A DNA stretch of 64,000 bases from the NCBI RefSeq assembly GCF_049337375.1, contig NZ_JBMPIV010000015.1, one strand, 5' to 3'. Positions 11,929 through 20,469 of the stretch are shown here, piece after piece. The DNA comes from Nannocystis pusilla. GTDB taxonomy: Bacteria > Myxococcota_A > Polyangia > Nannocystales > Nannocystaceae. The stretch's first letter is position 1. Each line of letters begins with the position of its first letter. Position numbers and translations under genes: made by a program. Under the pieces are notes generated by a model. The model was not told the origin of the DNA. It saw only the letters and a list, made by a program, of their open reading frames with translations, and searched no databases.

Positions 11929-12966
11929 ATGGTTGTCGAGGGTCGGTGGCGTACGGTGTCGGTGATGCTCGCAATCGTGTCCGGCGGCTGCGACGAGATC
12001 ACGGATACTCGCCACCTGCGACCGGTGCCGAGCACGGTCGCCGGTGCCGGGGCCGAGGCCGACGACGCGCTGGCGCTCGAGTGCGAGGCGGAGGCGCTCG
12101 ACGTGTGCGAGGCCGAGTGCGTCGACGTCGCGAGCGACGCGCGTCACTGCGGCGGCTGCGGGCGCGTGTGCGCCGGCACGTGCGCGGCGGGCTACTGCGA
12201 GGCGCAGTGCGGGCCCGGCCAGATCCGCTGCGACGGTCGCTGCGTCGACCGCACGCGCGTGACGCCCGACGGGAGCGCGCGCGAGTTCGAATTTACCGGG
12301 GCGCCGGAGACGTTCGTGGTGCCCGAGTGCGTGTCGCGGCTCACCGTCGAGCTGTGGGGCGCGCAGGGCGGCGGTTCGCGCTGCTGCGACGGGCTCGAGC
12401 AAGCGGACGGAGGGCTCGGCGCCTACGTGCGGGCGGAGCTCGAGGTGGAGCCCGGCGAGGCGCTGCAGATCCGCGTCGGCGGGCGCGGCGGAATCGAGGG
12501 CGCGGCGGGCTACAACGGCGGCGGCCTCGGCGGCGCGTTCGCGGGCGGCGGCGGTGGAGCCAGCGACGTGCGCCAGGGCGGCGGGACGCTCGACGACCGG
12601 ATCTTCGTCGCGGCCGGCGGCGGGGGCGGGCAGTGCGGCTGCCCGGACCACGGCGCAGGCGGCCCGGGCGGGCTTGCGATCGGCGGCCCCGGGGTGGCGC
12701 TGCTGCCCGAGTGGCACGCGGCCGGCGGCGGGACGCAGAGCCACGGCGGGGCCGAGGGCTCGACGCCCGGCGAGGCGGGCGGGTTCGGTGAGGGCGGAGG
12801 CGGCGGGGTCTACCACGTGGCGGGCGGCGGAGGCGGCTGGTTCGGCGGCGGCTCGGCCCACGCGGCGGGCGGGGGCGGCGGGTCGTCGCGCCTCGGCGCC
12901 GACCCGGACGGCAGCGGGCTGCCGGCGGTGCGCGAGGGCGACGGGCTGGTGCGGATCCGCTGGTGA
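11929..12966 (+). CDS. Glycine-rich lipoprotein paralog with N-terminal Cys-rich repeats
   Basis: Lipobox-like AIVSGGC. Cys-rich region CEAECVDVASDARHCGGCGRVCAGTCAAGYCEAQCGPGQIRCDGRC. Shares the same conserved blocks as 10790-11644 (ELWGAQGG, VAGGGGGWFGGG, GDGLVRIRW). Confidence 0.65.
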   Translation: MVVEGRWRTVSVMLAIVSGGCDEITDTRHLRPVPSTVAGAGAEADDALALECEAEALDVCEAECVDVASDARHCGGCGRVCAGTCAAGYCEAQCGPGQIRCDGRCVDRTRVTPDGSAREFEFTGAPETFVVPECVSRLTVELWGAQGGGSRCCDGLEQADGGLGAYVRAELEVEPGEALQIRVGGRGGIEGAAGYNGGGLGGAFAGGGGGASDVRQGGGTLDDRIFVAAGGGGGQCGCPDHGAGGPGGLAIGGPGVALLPEWHAAGGGTQSHGGAEGSTPGEAGGFGEGGGGGVYHVAGGGGGWFGGGSAHAAGGGGGSSRLGADPDGSGLPAVREGDGLVRIRW

Positions 12967-13020
12967 GCGAGGGCGAGGTCACGTGTCCGTTCGCACATGA
13001 CCGGAAAGACATCCACTCGA

Positions 13021-13069
13021 CCCGCCGGCCCGGCCTTCCCCCTCTGCCGCGGCCGGCGGGTTTTCTTTT
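13021..13069 (+). terminator. Rho-independent terminator
   Basis: Stem cccgccggcc ... ggccggcggg followed by ttttctttt, just 3' of the second Gly-rich gene. Confidence 0.7.
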
Positions 13070-13102
13070 GCCGAGGTCGTGGCATCCTCGCCGCGGCCGC
13101 GC

Positions 13103-13984
13103 ATGACCGCTCCCGATCGCACCATCGTCGCCGCCGACGGCACCCGCGTGGTCTACCGCCGCGAGGGCGAGGGGCCGGCGCTGCTGCTGTGCAATGGCAT
13201 CACCACGTCGCGGTTCTTCTGGACCCACCTGGCGCCGCGCTGGGCCAGGCGGTTCACGGTGATCACGTGGGACCTCAAGGGCCACGGGCGCAGCGACCCG
13301 GCGCGCACGGCCGCGGGCGTCGAGATCCCGGCGCTGGCGCGCGACGCCCTGGCCATCCTCGACGCCGAGGGGCTGGCGGAGGCGGTGCCGGTCGGCTTCT
13401 CGATGGGCTGTCAGGTGGCGCTCGAGATCTATCGCGCCGCGCCGGCGCGGGTGCGCGGGCTGGTGCTGCTGCTCGGGCCCTCGGGGCGGGTGTTCGACAC
13501 GGCGCTCGGTCCGGTCGGGCCGGCGCTGCACGGGCTCATCGCTCGCCTGCCGGCGCCGGGGTTCCGGGTGGCGTTCCGCGGGGTGCGCTCGATCGTCGGT
13601 CTGCCGGGCAGTCGGCGTCTGGGGCAGCTGCTCGGGCTCATCGGCCCCGCGGCCACGCCGGCCGACGTGAAGCTCTACATCGATCACTTCGTGCGCGACC
13701 TCGACCCCGGCACGTTGGCGGCGATGGCGCTGGCGGCCCAGAGCCACTGCGCGGGCGACCTGCTGCCGAGGATCGCCGTGCCGACGCTGGTGGTGGCCGG
13801 CGACCGCGACGTGTTCGCGCCGGCGCCCCGGGTCGGCCTGCCGCTGCATCGCGCGATCCCGGGCAGCCAGCTGCTTCGTCTGGCCCACGGGACTCACACC
13901 AGCCTGTTCGAGCACCACCAGGAGATCGGGGCGGCGGTCGAACGGTTCTGCGAGGGCCTCACGGGGCGCCGCGAGGTCGGGTAA
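13103..13984 (+). CDS. Alpha/beta-hydrolase fold protein
   Basis: HGxS motif region WDLKGHGRS. Nucleophile elbow GFSMGCQVA. About 290 aa. Confidence 0.7.
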   Translation: MTAPDRTIVAADGTRVVYRREGEGPALLLCNGITTSRFFWTHLAPRWARRFTVITWDLKGHGRSDPARTAAGVEIPALARDALAILDAEGLAEAVPVGFSMGCQVALEIYRAAPARVRGLVLLLGPSGRVFDTALGPVGPALHGLIARLPAPGFRVAFRGVRSIVGLPGSRRLGQLLGLIGPAATPADVKLYIDHFVRDLDPGTLAAMALAAQSHCAGDLLPRIAVPTLVVAGDRDVFAPAPRVGLPLHRAIPGSQLLRLAHGTHTSLFEHHQEIGAAVERFCEGLTGRREVG

Positions 13985-13993
13985 AACGGCGGC

Positions 13994-15277
13994 ATGCGCC
14001 GCTTCGCTTCGCTTACTCTCCTCCTCGCCGCCTGCAGCACCGCGGCGGCCACCTCCGGCCCCGACAGCGCCGGCGGCACCGATGGCACAAATTCTTCGAT
14101 CTCGTCGACGACCGGCGAGCCACCCGGCCCCGGCTCGTCGGCGGCGACGGATACGCCGACGACCGGCGCGGGGACGACGGAGGGTGGCACGCTGGATCCG
14201 AACGCGACCACCACGGGCCAGGGCTCCGAGGAGGACTACGACGCGCCCGGGGCGGCGCCGGTCGGCAACGCGACGTTCTCGGTGGTCGCCGGCGAGCGCA
14301 CGCTGCTGGTCGAGGCGTGGTATCCGGCCGACATCTCGGCGCAGGCGGCCGCCGACGCCGGGCATCCGATCGCCGAGTTCGTGCCGGAAGGCCCGCAGCG
14401 CGACATGATGGTGGCGCTGCTGGCCAAGCTGTCGGAGCACGGGCAGGTCGGCGTGCGCGAGCAGACCCGCTCGGCGCGCGACGCCGCGTCGGCGGGCACG
14501 GGGCCGTACCCGCTGGTGATGTTCTCGCACTGCCACGGGTGCGTGCGCTTCTCGATGTTCACGATCGCCGAGCACCTGGCCAGCCACGGATTCGTGGTGG
14601 TCGCGCCCGACCACGCCGGCAACACCCTGTTCGACGACCCGCAGGCGCCGCTCGACGAGGCGTTCCTGCAGGTCCGCGTGGCCGACCAGATGGCGGTGCT
14701 CGACGCGGTGCTCGACGCCGGCAACTCGGCGGTCCCCGAGGCCATCCGCGGCGCGATCGATCCGGCCCGGATCGGCGCGATGGGCCACAGCTACGGGGCC
14801 GCGACCGCGGGGCGGCTGGCCCAGGAGGACGACCGGATCGTGGCGGCGCTGCCGATCGCGGCGCCGGTCCAGAACCCGATCTTCTCCGGCACCAAGCTGG
14901 CGGAGATCGACGAGCCGCAGCTGTTCGTGCTCGCCGCCGAGGACAACAGCATCGGCAAGATCGGCAACCAGCTCATCGAGTCCAACTTCGACGCCGCGGC
15001 CACGCCGGCCTACCTGGTGCGGATGAAGGACACCGGCCACTGGGGCCCGACCGACATCTGCGGCCTGGCCGAGCAGTTCGACGCCGGCTGCGGCCCGGGC
15101 GCGCGCCAGACCGACGGCTCCGAGTTCGTCTACCTCGATCCGCTGCAGGCGCGGGCGATCGTCGCGGCTTACGCGGCCGCGTTCTTCGACCACCACCTGC
15201 GCGGCAACGCGGCGGCGCTCGAGTTCTTGCAGACGGCGACGCCGCCGGAGTTGGTCGAGGTCGAGGCGCGGCTGTAG
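13994..15277 (+). CDS. Lipoprotein alpha/beta hydrolase (esterase/lipase, dienelactone-hydrolase/PAF-AH-like)
   Basis: Lipobox LLLAAC followed by a Thr/Gly-rich linker. Catalytic core PLVMFSHCHGC...GHSYGAATAG contains a GxSxG motif. Confidence 0.65.
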   Translation: MRRFASLTLLLAACSTAAATSGPDSAGGTDGTNSSISSTTGEPPGPGSSAATDTPTTGAGTTEGGTLDPNATTTGQGSEEDYDAPGAAPVGNATFSVVAGERTLLVEAWYPADISAQAAADAGHPIAEFVPEGPQRDMMVALLAKLSEHGQVGVREQTRSARDAASAGTGPYPLVMFSHCHGCVRFSMFTIAEHLASHGFVVVAPDHAGNTLFDDPQAPLDEAFLQVRVADQMAVLDAVLDAGNSAVPEAIRGAIDPARIGAMGHSYGAATAGRLAQEDDRIVAALPIAAPVQNPIFSGTKLAEIDEPQLFVLAAEDNSIGKIGNQLIESNFDAAATPAYLVRMKDTGHWGPTDICGLAEQFDAGCGPGARQTDGSEFVYLDPLQARAIVAAYAAAFFDHHLRGNAAALEFLQTATPPELVEVEARL

Positions 15278-15282
15278 CGAGG

Positions 15283-15365
15283 TGAATGTCTGAAAGGGCA
15301 TGTCGTGAAAGACATGCCTTTGAGGCATAGCCCTGGGGACATGTCGCCGGGGACATGCGTTTCTT
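15283..15365. repeat. CATG-core hairpin cluster (GGCATGTCgtgaaaGACATGCC, GGGACATGTCgccGGGGACATGC)
   Basis: Perfect 8-bp stem directly after the stop of the esterase gene. Confidence 0.7.
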
Positions 15366-15720
15366 TGGCGCGACCCGAGCGACGGATGACCGGGGCCGCT
15401 CGAGTTGCGGGCATGCGGTCTCTCGGTGCGACCTGAGCGGCGGCTACCCGGGGCCGCTTGAGTTTGAGCGGCCCATGCGGTGAGCGGGGCGACGTGGGCC
15501 CGTCGTGCCGCGCGGGAGCGTCGGGCGCCCGGCGGGCGCGCGAGTCGAGGAGTCCAGCGCCCTGCGCCCGGAGGTTGCCTCTCGAGGTCTCGCTCGCGCC
15601 GCGCGGTCCTGGTTTTTTGAACTGTCGCGGGGTCGCCGAGCAACGCCGTTCCGTCGCGGCTTTCTCGGGCGATGACGGGCGGGTTCGTCCGCGCGGGTCG
15701 GCCCGGCGCGGGCGGGGCTC

Positions 15721-16815
15721 TTGTCGGGCGGGCCTTCGCGGGCCATGCTGCGGGGCATGGACTTCGCACGGCTCGCGGAGGCGCTCGGCGGCGAGACCCT
15801 GGCGGCGGAGGCGGGCGGGCGGAGCGAGCTGGCGCCGTTCGTCCTGCGCTTCGGGACAGGTCCCGAGGTACATGTCTATCCCGAGCTCGAGGACGGCGCG
15901 TGCGTCGGGGCGGTGTTCGCGGTGCTGCGCGCCGACGCGGGCGAGATGCCGCGGATCGTGCTGCGGGCCGAGGACGCGCTCGACCGCGGCGGCAAGGCGG
16001 TGGGCCTCAACCGCGAGCTGCAGCTCGGCGACCCGGCGTTCGACGCGGCGGTCTACGTCGAGTCCGAGGCCCCGGACGCGCTCGTGGCCCGGGTGCTGGC
16101 CGAACCGGCGGCGCGGGCGGCCGCGGTGGCGCTGGTGCGCGGGCCGGCCCGCGAGGCCCAGCTCGGCGAGGGTCGGGTGACCGCGCGGCTGTCGGCGGCG
16201 CAGCTGGCGGAGACGACGGTCGCGGAGGCGCTGCTCGCGTCGCTGCGCGCCCTGGCGGCGGCGATGGCTGTCCCGAAGGACATGCCGACGCGCGGCGAGC
16301 TGGTGAGCCGGCGCGCGGTCGGCCACATCTTCGTGATCGCGTTCGCGTGGCTGGTCACCCTCGGCCTGGCGGTGCTGCTGCGCCCGCCGCCGGTGCTGGC
16401 GTGGGGGCCGGTGTTCGGGGCGCTCGGGCTCGGGGGCCTGTTGTGGCTGGTGGTGCTGGTCCCGCTCGGGCTCATCCTGCGCGGCGCGCCCGACTCCCTG
16501 CGGTGGTTCACGCTCAGCGCGGCGGCCTTCCTGCTGACGACGCCGTTCGCCGGGATGAAGCTGGCGCTGTGGGTCAACGCGGCGCTCGACCGCGGCCCCG
16601 AGGTCGCCGTCCGCCTGCCGGTGCAGCTGGTCGACCGCAGCGAGACGCTGGTGCTCGTCGACGTGGTCGGGCTCGAGGTCGGTCGCACGTCGACGCGCCT
16701 GTCTGTCCCGATGGACAGGGTCTTGGGGACATTGCCGAAAGCGCCTGGCTCGTTGGTCCTGACCCAGCGGCCGGGGGCGCTCGGCTGGCCGTGGCTGGTC
16801 GACCTGCGGCCGTGA
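15721..16815 (+). CDS. Hypothetical integral membrane protein
   Basis: High GC3 ORF with about 4 transmembrane helices. Contains three in-frame CATG/CAGG palindromic islands with rare codons (15852-15885, 16268-16285, 16698-16740). The start may be internal. Confidence 0.45.
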   Translation: MSGGPSRAMLRGMDFARLAEALGGETLAAEAGGRSELAPFVLRFGTGPEVHVYPELEDGACVGAVFAVLRADAGEMPRIVLRAEDALDRGGKAVGLNRELQLGDPAFDAAVYVESEAPDALVARVLAEPAARAAAVALVRGPAREAQLGEGRVTARLSAAQLAETTVAEALLASLRALAAAMAVPKDMPTRGELVSRRAVGHIFVIAFAWLVTLGLAVLLRPPPVLAWGPVFGALGLGGLLWLVVLVPLGLILRGAPDSLRWFTLSAAAFLLTTPFAGMKLALWVNAALDRGPEVAVRLPVQLVDRSETLVLVDVVGLEVGRTSTRLSVPMDRVLGTLPKAPGSLVLTQRPGALGWPWLVDLRP

Positions 16816-16829
16816 GCGGTCGCCAGCGA

Positions 16830-16925
16830 GGAGCATGTTCGGATGGACATGTCGTATCGAGCATGTCGCATGGGATATGTATTTAAGGACATGCCCATGG
16901 GGGCATGTCCCGATCGACAGGCCTT
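16830..16925. repeat. CATG-core hairpin cluster between convergent genes
   Basis: GGACATGTCgtatcGAGCATGTCgcATGGGATATGT..GGACATGCCCATGGGGGCATGTCC. Confidence 0.7.
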
Positions 16926-16928
16926 GGA

Positions 16929-18263
16929 TCAGCGCGCCAGCAGGGCCCGGCGCAGCACGCTCGGGTGGAACAGGTCGCGGCTCGGGCGCATCAGGTGCAG
17001 GACCTCGATCAGGCGCAGGTAGAGCTCGGGCGAGCGGGTGGCGGCGGCGAAGATCCGGTCGACGAAGCGGTGCATGAGCTTGAGGCCGGGCGAGACCTTG
17101 CCGGTGGTGCCCGGCCAGCGCAGGTCGTCGCTGCTGGCGGTCATGAAGGCGGCGAGGTTGCCGGCGGCGAGGCGCTTCTGGAAGCGCAGGCCGAGCGGCT
17201 CGTGCGGGCGCGCGCGCAGGGCGGCGTCGAGGACCGTGGCGGCGACGGCGGCGACGCTCATGCCCTGGCCGTAGACGGGGTTGAGGGCGCAGGCGGCGTC
17301 GCCGAGGACGACGAAGCCGTCGGGCCAGCGGCGCAGGCGCTCGTAGTGGCGCAGGCGGTTCTCGGTCCTGCGATAGCCGTGGATGGCGGAGCAGGGCGTG
17401 GCGCCGACCAGGACTTCGCGCAGGGCGGGGGTCTCGAGCGCGCCGGCGAACTCGAGGAAGCCGGCCTCGTCGACCGGCGGGAACACGCCGCCGTAGCCGA
17501 CGAGGGTGACGATGTGACGCCCGCCCTCGACCGGGTAGACGACGCCGCCGCGCGGGTTCTTGCCCGGCTTGCCCATGGCGTAGAGGACCTTCCAGTCGGG
17601 TCGGGCGCGCAGCTCGTAGAGGCGGGTGGCGTAGCCGAGCTGGGCGTCGATGATGGTCTCGGGCGGCTCGGGATAGCCGAGCGCGGCCAGCCAGGTCGGG
17701 GCCTTGGAGGCGCGCCCGCCGGCGTCGACGACGAGGTCGGCGCGCAGCTCGTCGGCCGCGAGCTCGGGCGCGCCGGCGCGGCGGTGGACCTGGACGCCGA
17801 CGATCCGCTCGCCGGCCGCCTGCAAGCCGGTGACCTCGAGGCCGGAGTGGATGCGCACGCGCTCGTCGGCGACGAGGGCGGCGCGCACCTGGTACTCGAG
17901 CAGGCCGCGGGTGCAGGCGCGCGAGCGCAGCGGCGAGGGGACCCGCGGGGCCTGACCGAAGGGGGTGTGCCAGGCGACGTCGTCGAGCCAGTCGATCTCG
18001 TGGGCGCCCGCGGCCGCGAGGGCGTCGCCGAGGCCGGGGAACTGCTCGCTCAAGATCTTCCAGCCGCGCGTCAACAGGACGTGGACGTGGTGGCTCTGCG
18101 GCGCGCCGGCGCGCGGCTCGGGCCCGGCCGGCAAGCTGTCGCGATCGAGGAGAGTGACGCGCTCGAAGTGACGCGTGAGCACGCGGGCGGCGAGGAGGCC
18201 GGCGATCCCGGCGCCGATCACGATCGCGCGGCGAGGCGCCGACGCGGAGCCTGTTGTGGGCAT
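16929..18263 (-). CDS. FAD-dependent monooxygenase/oxidoreductase
   Basis: N-terminal Rossmann motif RRAIVIGAGIAGLLAARVL. 444 aa. DG and GD FAD-binding motifs (VDAGG, VVLGDAA). Confidence 0.75.
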   Translation of the reverse strand: MPTTGSASAPRRAIVIGAGIAGLLAARVLTRHFERVTLLDRDSLPAGPEPRAGAPQSHHVHVLLTRGWKILSEQFPGLGDALAAAGAHEIDWLDDVAWHTPFGQAPRVPSPLRSRACTRGLLEYQVRAALVADERVRIHSGLEVTGLQAAGERIVGVQVHRRAGAPELAADELRADLVVDAGGRASKAPTWLAALGYPEPPETIIDAQLGYATRLYELRARPDWKVLYAMGKPGKNPRGGVVYPVEGGRHIVTLVGYGGVFPPVDEAGFLEFAGALETPALREVLVGATPCSAIHGYRRTENRLRHYERLRRWPDGFVVLGDAACALNPVYGQGMSVAAVAATVLDAALRARPHEPLGLRFQKRLAAGNLAAFMTASSDDLRWPGTTGKVSPGLKLMHRFVDRIFAAATRSPELYLRLIEVLHLMRPSRDLFHPSVLRRALLAR

Positions 18264-18589
18264 GGCGGAGTGATACGACAGCGCGGCCACGGCCGGAAGC
18301 GGGCCCGCACGCAGGCGGGGCGCGCGATCGCTCGCGCCCCGTGCCAGGCTGGTCGAAGAGACAGGTCGGGCGGGGCCGGGCGGCGCTGCCCCGAGCGGGC
18401 GCCGGTGGCCGCCGGAACGGCGTGCTCGGCCGCGGCCCGAGGGGAAGGCGAGCTGACCGAAGGGACATGTCCGGGGCGGTCTGCAGCGGCGGGGTGCGCG
18501 GCGGAGGTCGGCGAGGGCGATCGCCGGCCGGGCGATCGAGGCTGGCCGAAGAGACATGTCGCGGCGGCTGCGGCGGCGAGGCGGGTGAG

Positions 18590-18830
18590 GCGAGCGGGCA
18601 TGGAGCGCGGGTGCCGAGGCGGGGACGCGGCGGCGAACGGGCCGAGCTCGGGAGGCGAGCGACGGCCGCGAGCGGGCATGGAGCGCGGGTGCCGAGGCGG
18701 GGACGCGGCGGCGAACGGGCCGAGCTCGGGAGGCGAGCGACGGCCGCGAGCGGGCAGCGAGCGCGGGTGCCGAGGCGGGAGCGCGGCGGCGAACGGCCTG
18801 GGCTCGGCCGCGAGTCGGCCGGCTGCGGCA
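18590..18830. repeat. 78-bp tandem direct repeat, three copies
   Basis: The unit begins gggcatggagcgcgggtgccgaggcggggacgcggcggcgaacgggccgagctcggg. Copies start at about 18597, 18675 and 18753. It lies in a ~1 kb intergenic region that also carries CATG hairpins at 18350-18560 and 18900-18935. Confidence 0.75.
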
Positions 18831-19062
18831 TGACGCGGTTCGACGGGTAGGCGGTGGCTGGCTGAAGGGACAGGTTCGGCGCGGGCGCCGGGGTCGGTCC
18901 ATTATTAGATGTCCGAAGGGACATGTCGTCGCGGGCGACGCGGCGATCGGTGACACGCGAAAGGAGGTGATCGCAATCGCAGGTGTGGGATTGACGAGCC
19001 CACGAGCTTCCGCACGAGCGCTCGCCTTGACCGCTCCAGAGGCCGCGTGTATCCCCAAATCG

Positions 19063-19137
19063 ATGCTCCGGCGCGCCACCACCGCGACTACTACCACCAC
19101 CCTTCCGGGTGGGGTCGGTCGCGTGCGCGTGCGCTGA
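19063..19137 (+). promoter_or_regulatory. Thr-codon-rich leader peptide (MLRRATTATTTTTLPGGVGRVRVR), part of a putative transcription attenuator
   Basis: 24-codon ORF with 7 Thr codons (ACC/ACT) within 9 positions. It lies in a lower-GC leader about 110 nt upstream of the ThrRS-like gene. Confidence 0.55.
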
Positions 19138-19164
19138 GAGCTCTCGAGACACACGCCCTGCGAA

Positions 19165-19190
19165 GCCCCGCCCGAGCCGGCGGGGCTTTT
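19165..19190 (+). terminator. Intrinsic terminator/attenuator hairpin downstream of the Thr leader peptide
   Basis: GCCCCGCC cgagcc GGCGGGGC followed by TTTTG, between the leader stop (19137) and the thrS-like ATG (19249). Confidence 0.55.
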
Positions 19191-19248
19191 GCGCGCATGG
19201 TGGCGTCGCTCCGTCCGGCCGGTCCTTTCACCCCCGGAGACCGCCGCC

Positions 19249-20469
19249 ATGAGCCACGACATCAGCCCCCACTCCGTCCTCGACGCCCACGACCACCGCG
19301 CCCTCGGCCCTCGCCTCGGCCTGTTCCACCTGCAGGAAGAGGCGCCGGCGATGGTGTTCTGGCACCCCCGCGGCCTGGTCCTCGCCCGCGCGCTGGAAGA
19401 CGCGGCCCGCCGCCGCGCCAGCGCCGACGGCTATCACGAGGTCCGCACGCCGCAATTGCTGCGACAGCCGATCTGGGAGAAGAGCGGCCACTGGCAGCAC
19501 TTCCGTCAGGGAATGTTCGCAGTCGCCGACGAGGGCTGCTGCGCGGCGCTGAAGCCGGTGAGCTGCCCGGGTCACATCCAGATCGCCCAGCGCAGCGCGC
19601 TGTCGTACCGCGACCTGCCGCTGCGCCTGTGCGAGTTCGGCCTGTGCCACCGCGACGAGCCGAGCGGGACGCTGCACGGGCTGTTCCGCCTGCGCCAGTT
19701 CACGCAGGACGACGGCCACGTGTTCTGCGCTCCCGACCAGATCGCGGCCGAGATCGTGCGCTTCTGCCAGGGCGCCCGCAGGTTCTATGCGGGCTTCGGG
19801 TTCGATGACTTCGCGGTCGGGCTGTCGACGCGCCCGCCCGAGCGGGTCGGCGACGATGCGCTGTGGGACCGCGCGGAGGCGGAACTGGCTGCGGCGGCCC
19901 GCGAGGCGGGGCTCGATTACGTGGTGCAGCCGGGCGAAGGGGCGTTCTACGGGCCGAAGCTCGAGTTCTCGCTGCGCGACCGCCTCGGCCGGTCGTGGCA
20001 GTGCGGGACGATCCAGCTCGACTTCAACCTGCCGGAGCGCTTCGGGCTGCATTACATCGACGAGGCCGGCCAGCGCCGCCGCCCGGCGATGCTGCACCGG
20101 GCGATCTACGGCAGCCTCGAGCGCTTCCTGGCGATCGTGCTCGAGCACCACGCAGGCGCGCTGCCGGCCTGGCTGGCGCCCGTGCAAGTGGTGGTGGCGC
20201 CGGTGGGCCCGGCCCAGCAAGCGGCGGCGGAGGCGGCCGTGGCCGAGCTGCGCGCGGCGGGGATCCGGGTCGAGCTCGACGACCGCCGCGAGACGCTGGC
20301 CCGCCGCGTGGCGGAGGCGCACGCGCAAGGAGTGCCGATGCTGGCGGTAATCGGGGCGCGCGAGGCGAGCAGCGAGGCGCTGACGCTGCGGATCCGCGAG
20401 GAGCAGCAGGTGCTGCCGCGGGCTCAGGCGGTGGCGCAGATCGCGAGGCATTGCGCGCCGCCGGTGTGA
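19249..20469 (+). CDS. thrS: Threonine--tRNA ligase paralog, N-terminally truncated (catalytic core plus anticodon-binding domain only)
   Basis: Class II motifs match ThrRS: SCPGHIQ, LCHRDEPSGTLHGLFRLRQFTQDDGHVFC, HRAIYGSLERFLAIVLEHHAGALPAWLAPVQVVVAPV. Zn ligands Cys/His/His are conserved. 406 aa, against about 640 for full-length ThrRS; the TGS and editing domains are absent. Confidence 0.85.
   Translation: MSHDISPHSVLDAHDHRALGPRLGLFHLQEEAPAMVFWHPRGLVLARALEDAARRRASADGYHEVRTPQLLRQPIWEKSGHWQHFRQGMFAVADEGCCAALKPVSCPGHIQIAQRSALSYRDLPLRLCEFGLCHRDEPSGTLHGLFRLRQFTQDDGHVFCAPDQIAAEIVRFCQGARRFYAGFGFDDFAVGLSTRPPERVGDDALWDRAEAELAAAAREAGLDYVVQPGEGAFYGPKLEFSLRDRLGRSWQCGTIQLDFNLPERFGLHYIDEAGQRRRPAMLHRAIYGSLERFLAIVLEHHAGALPAWLAPVQVVVAPVGPAQQAAAEAAVAELRAAGIRVELDDRRETLARRVAEAHAQGVPMLAVIGAREASSEALTLRIREEQQVLPRAQAVAQIARHCAPPV

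Noticed and set aside
12341-15769. Very long antisense ORFs (for example 12341-15769, 15169-19152, 19228-23268, 50068-54183, 784-1968, all on the - strand), 400-1370 aa
   Set aside because: Their translations are Arg/Pro/Ala-rich low-complexity sequence, lack motifs, and overlap well-supported genes on the opposite strand. This is the classic stop-codon-poor artefact of GC-rich DNA.
18254-18850. 198-aa + strand ORF upstream of the thrS-like gene
   Set aside because: Its sequence is generated by the 78-bp tandem repeats and hairpins (repeated GHGARVPRRGRGGERAELGRRATAAS) and shows no protein-like composition.
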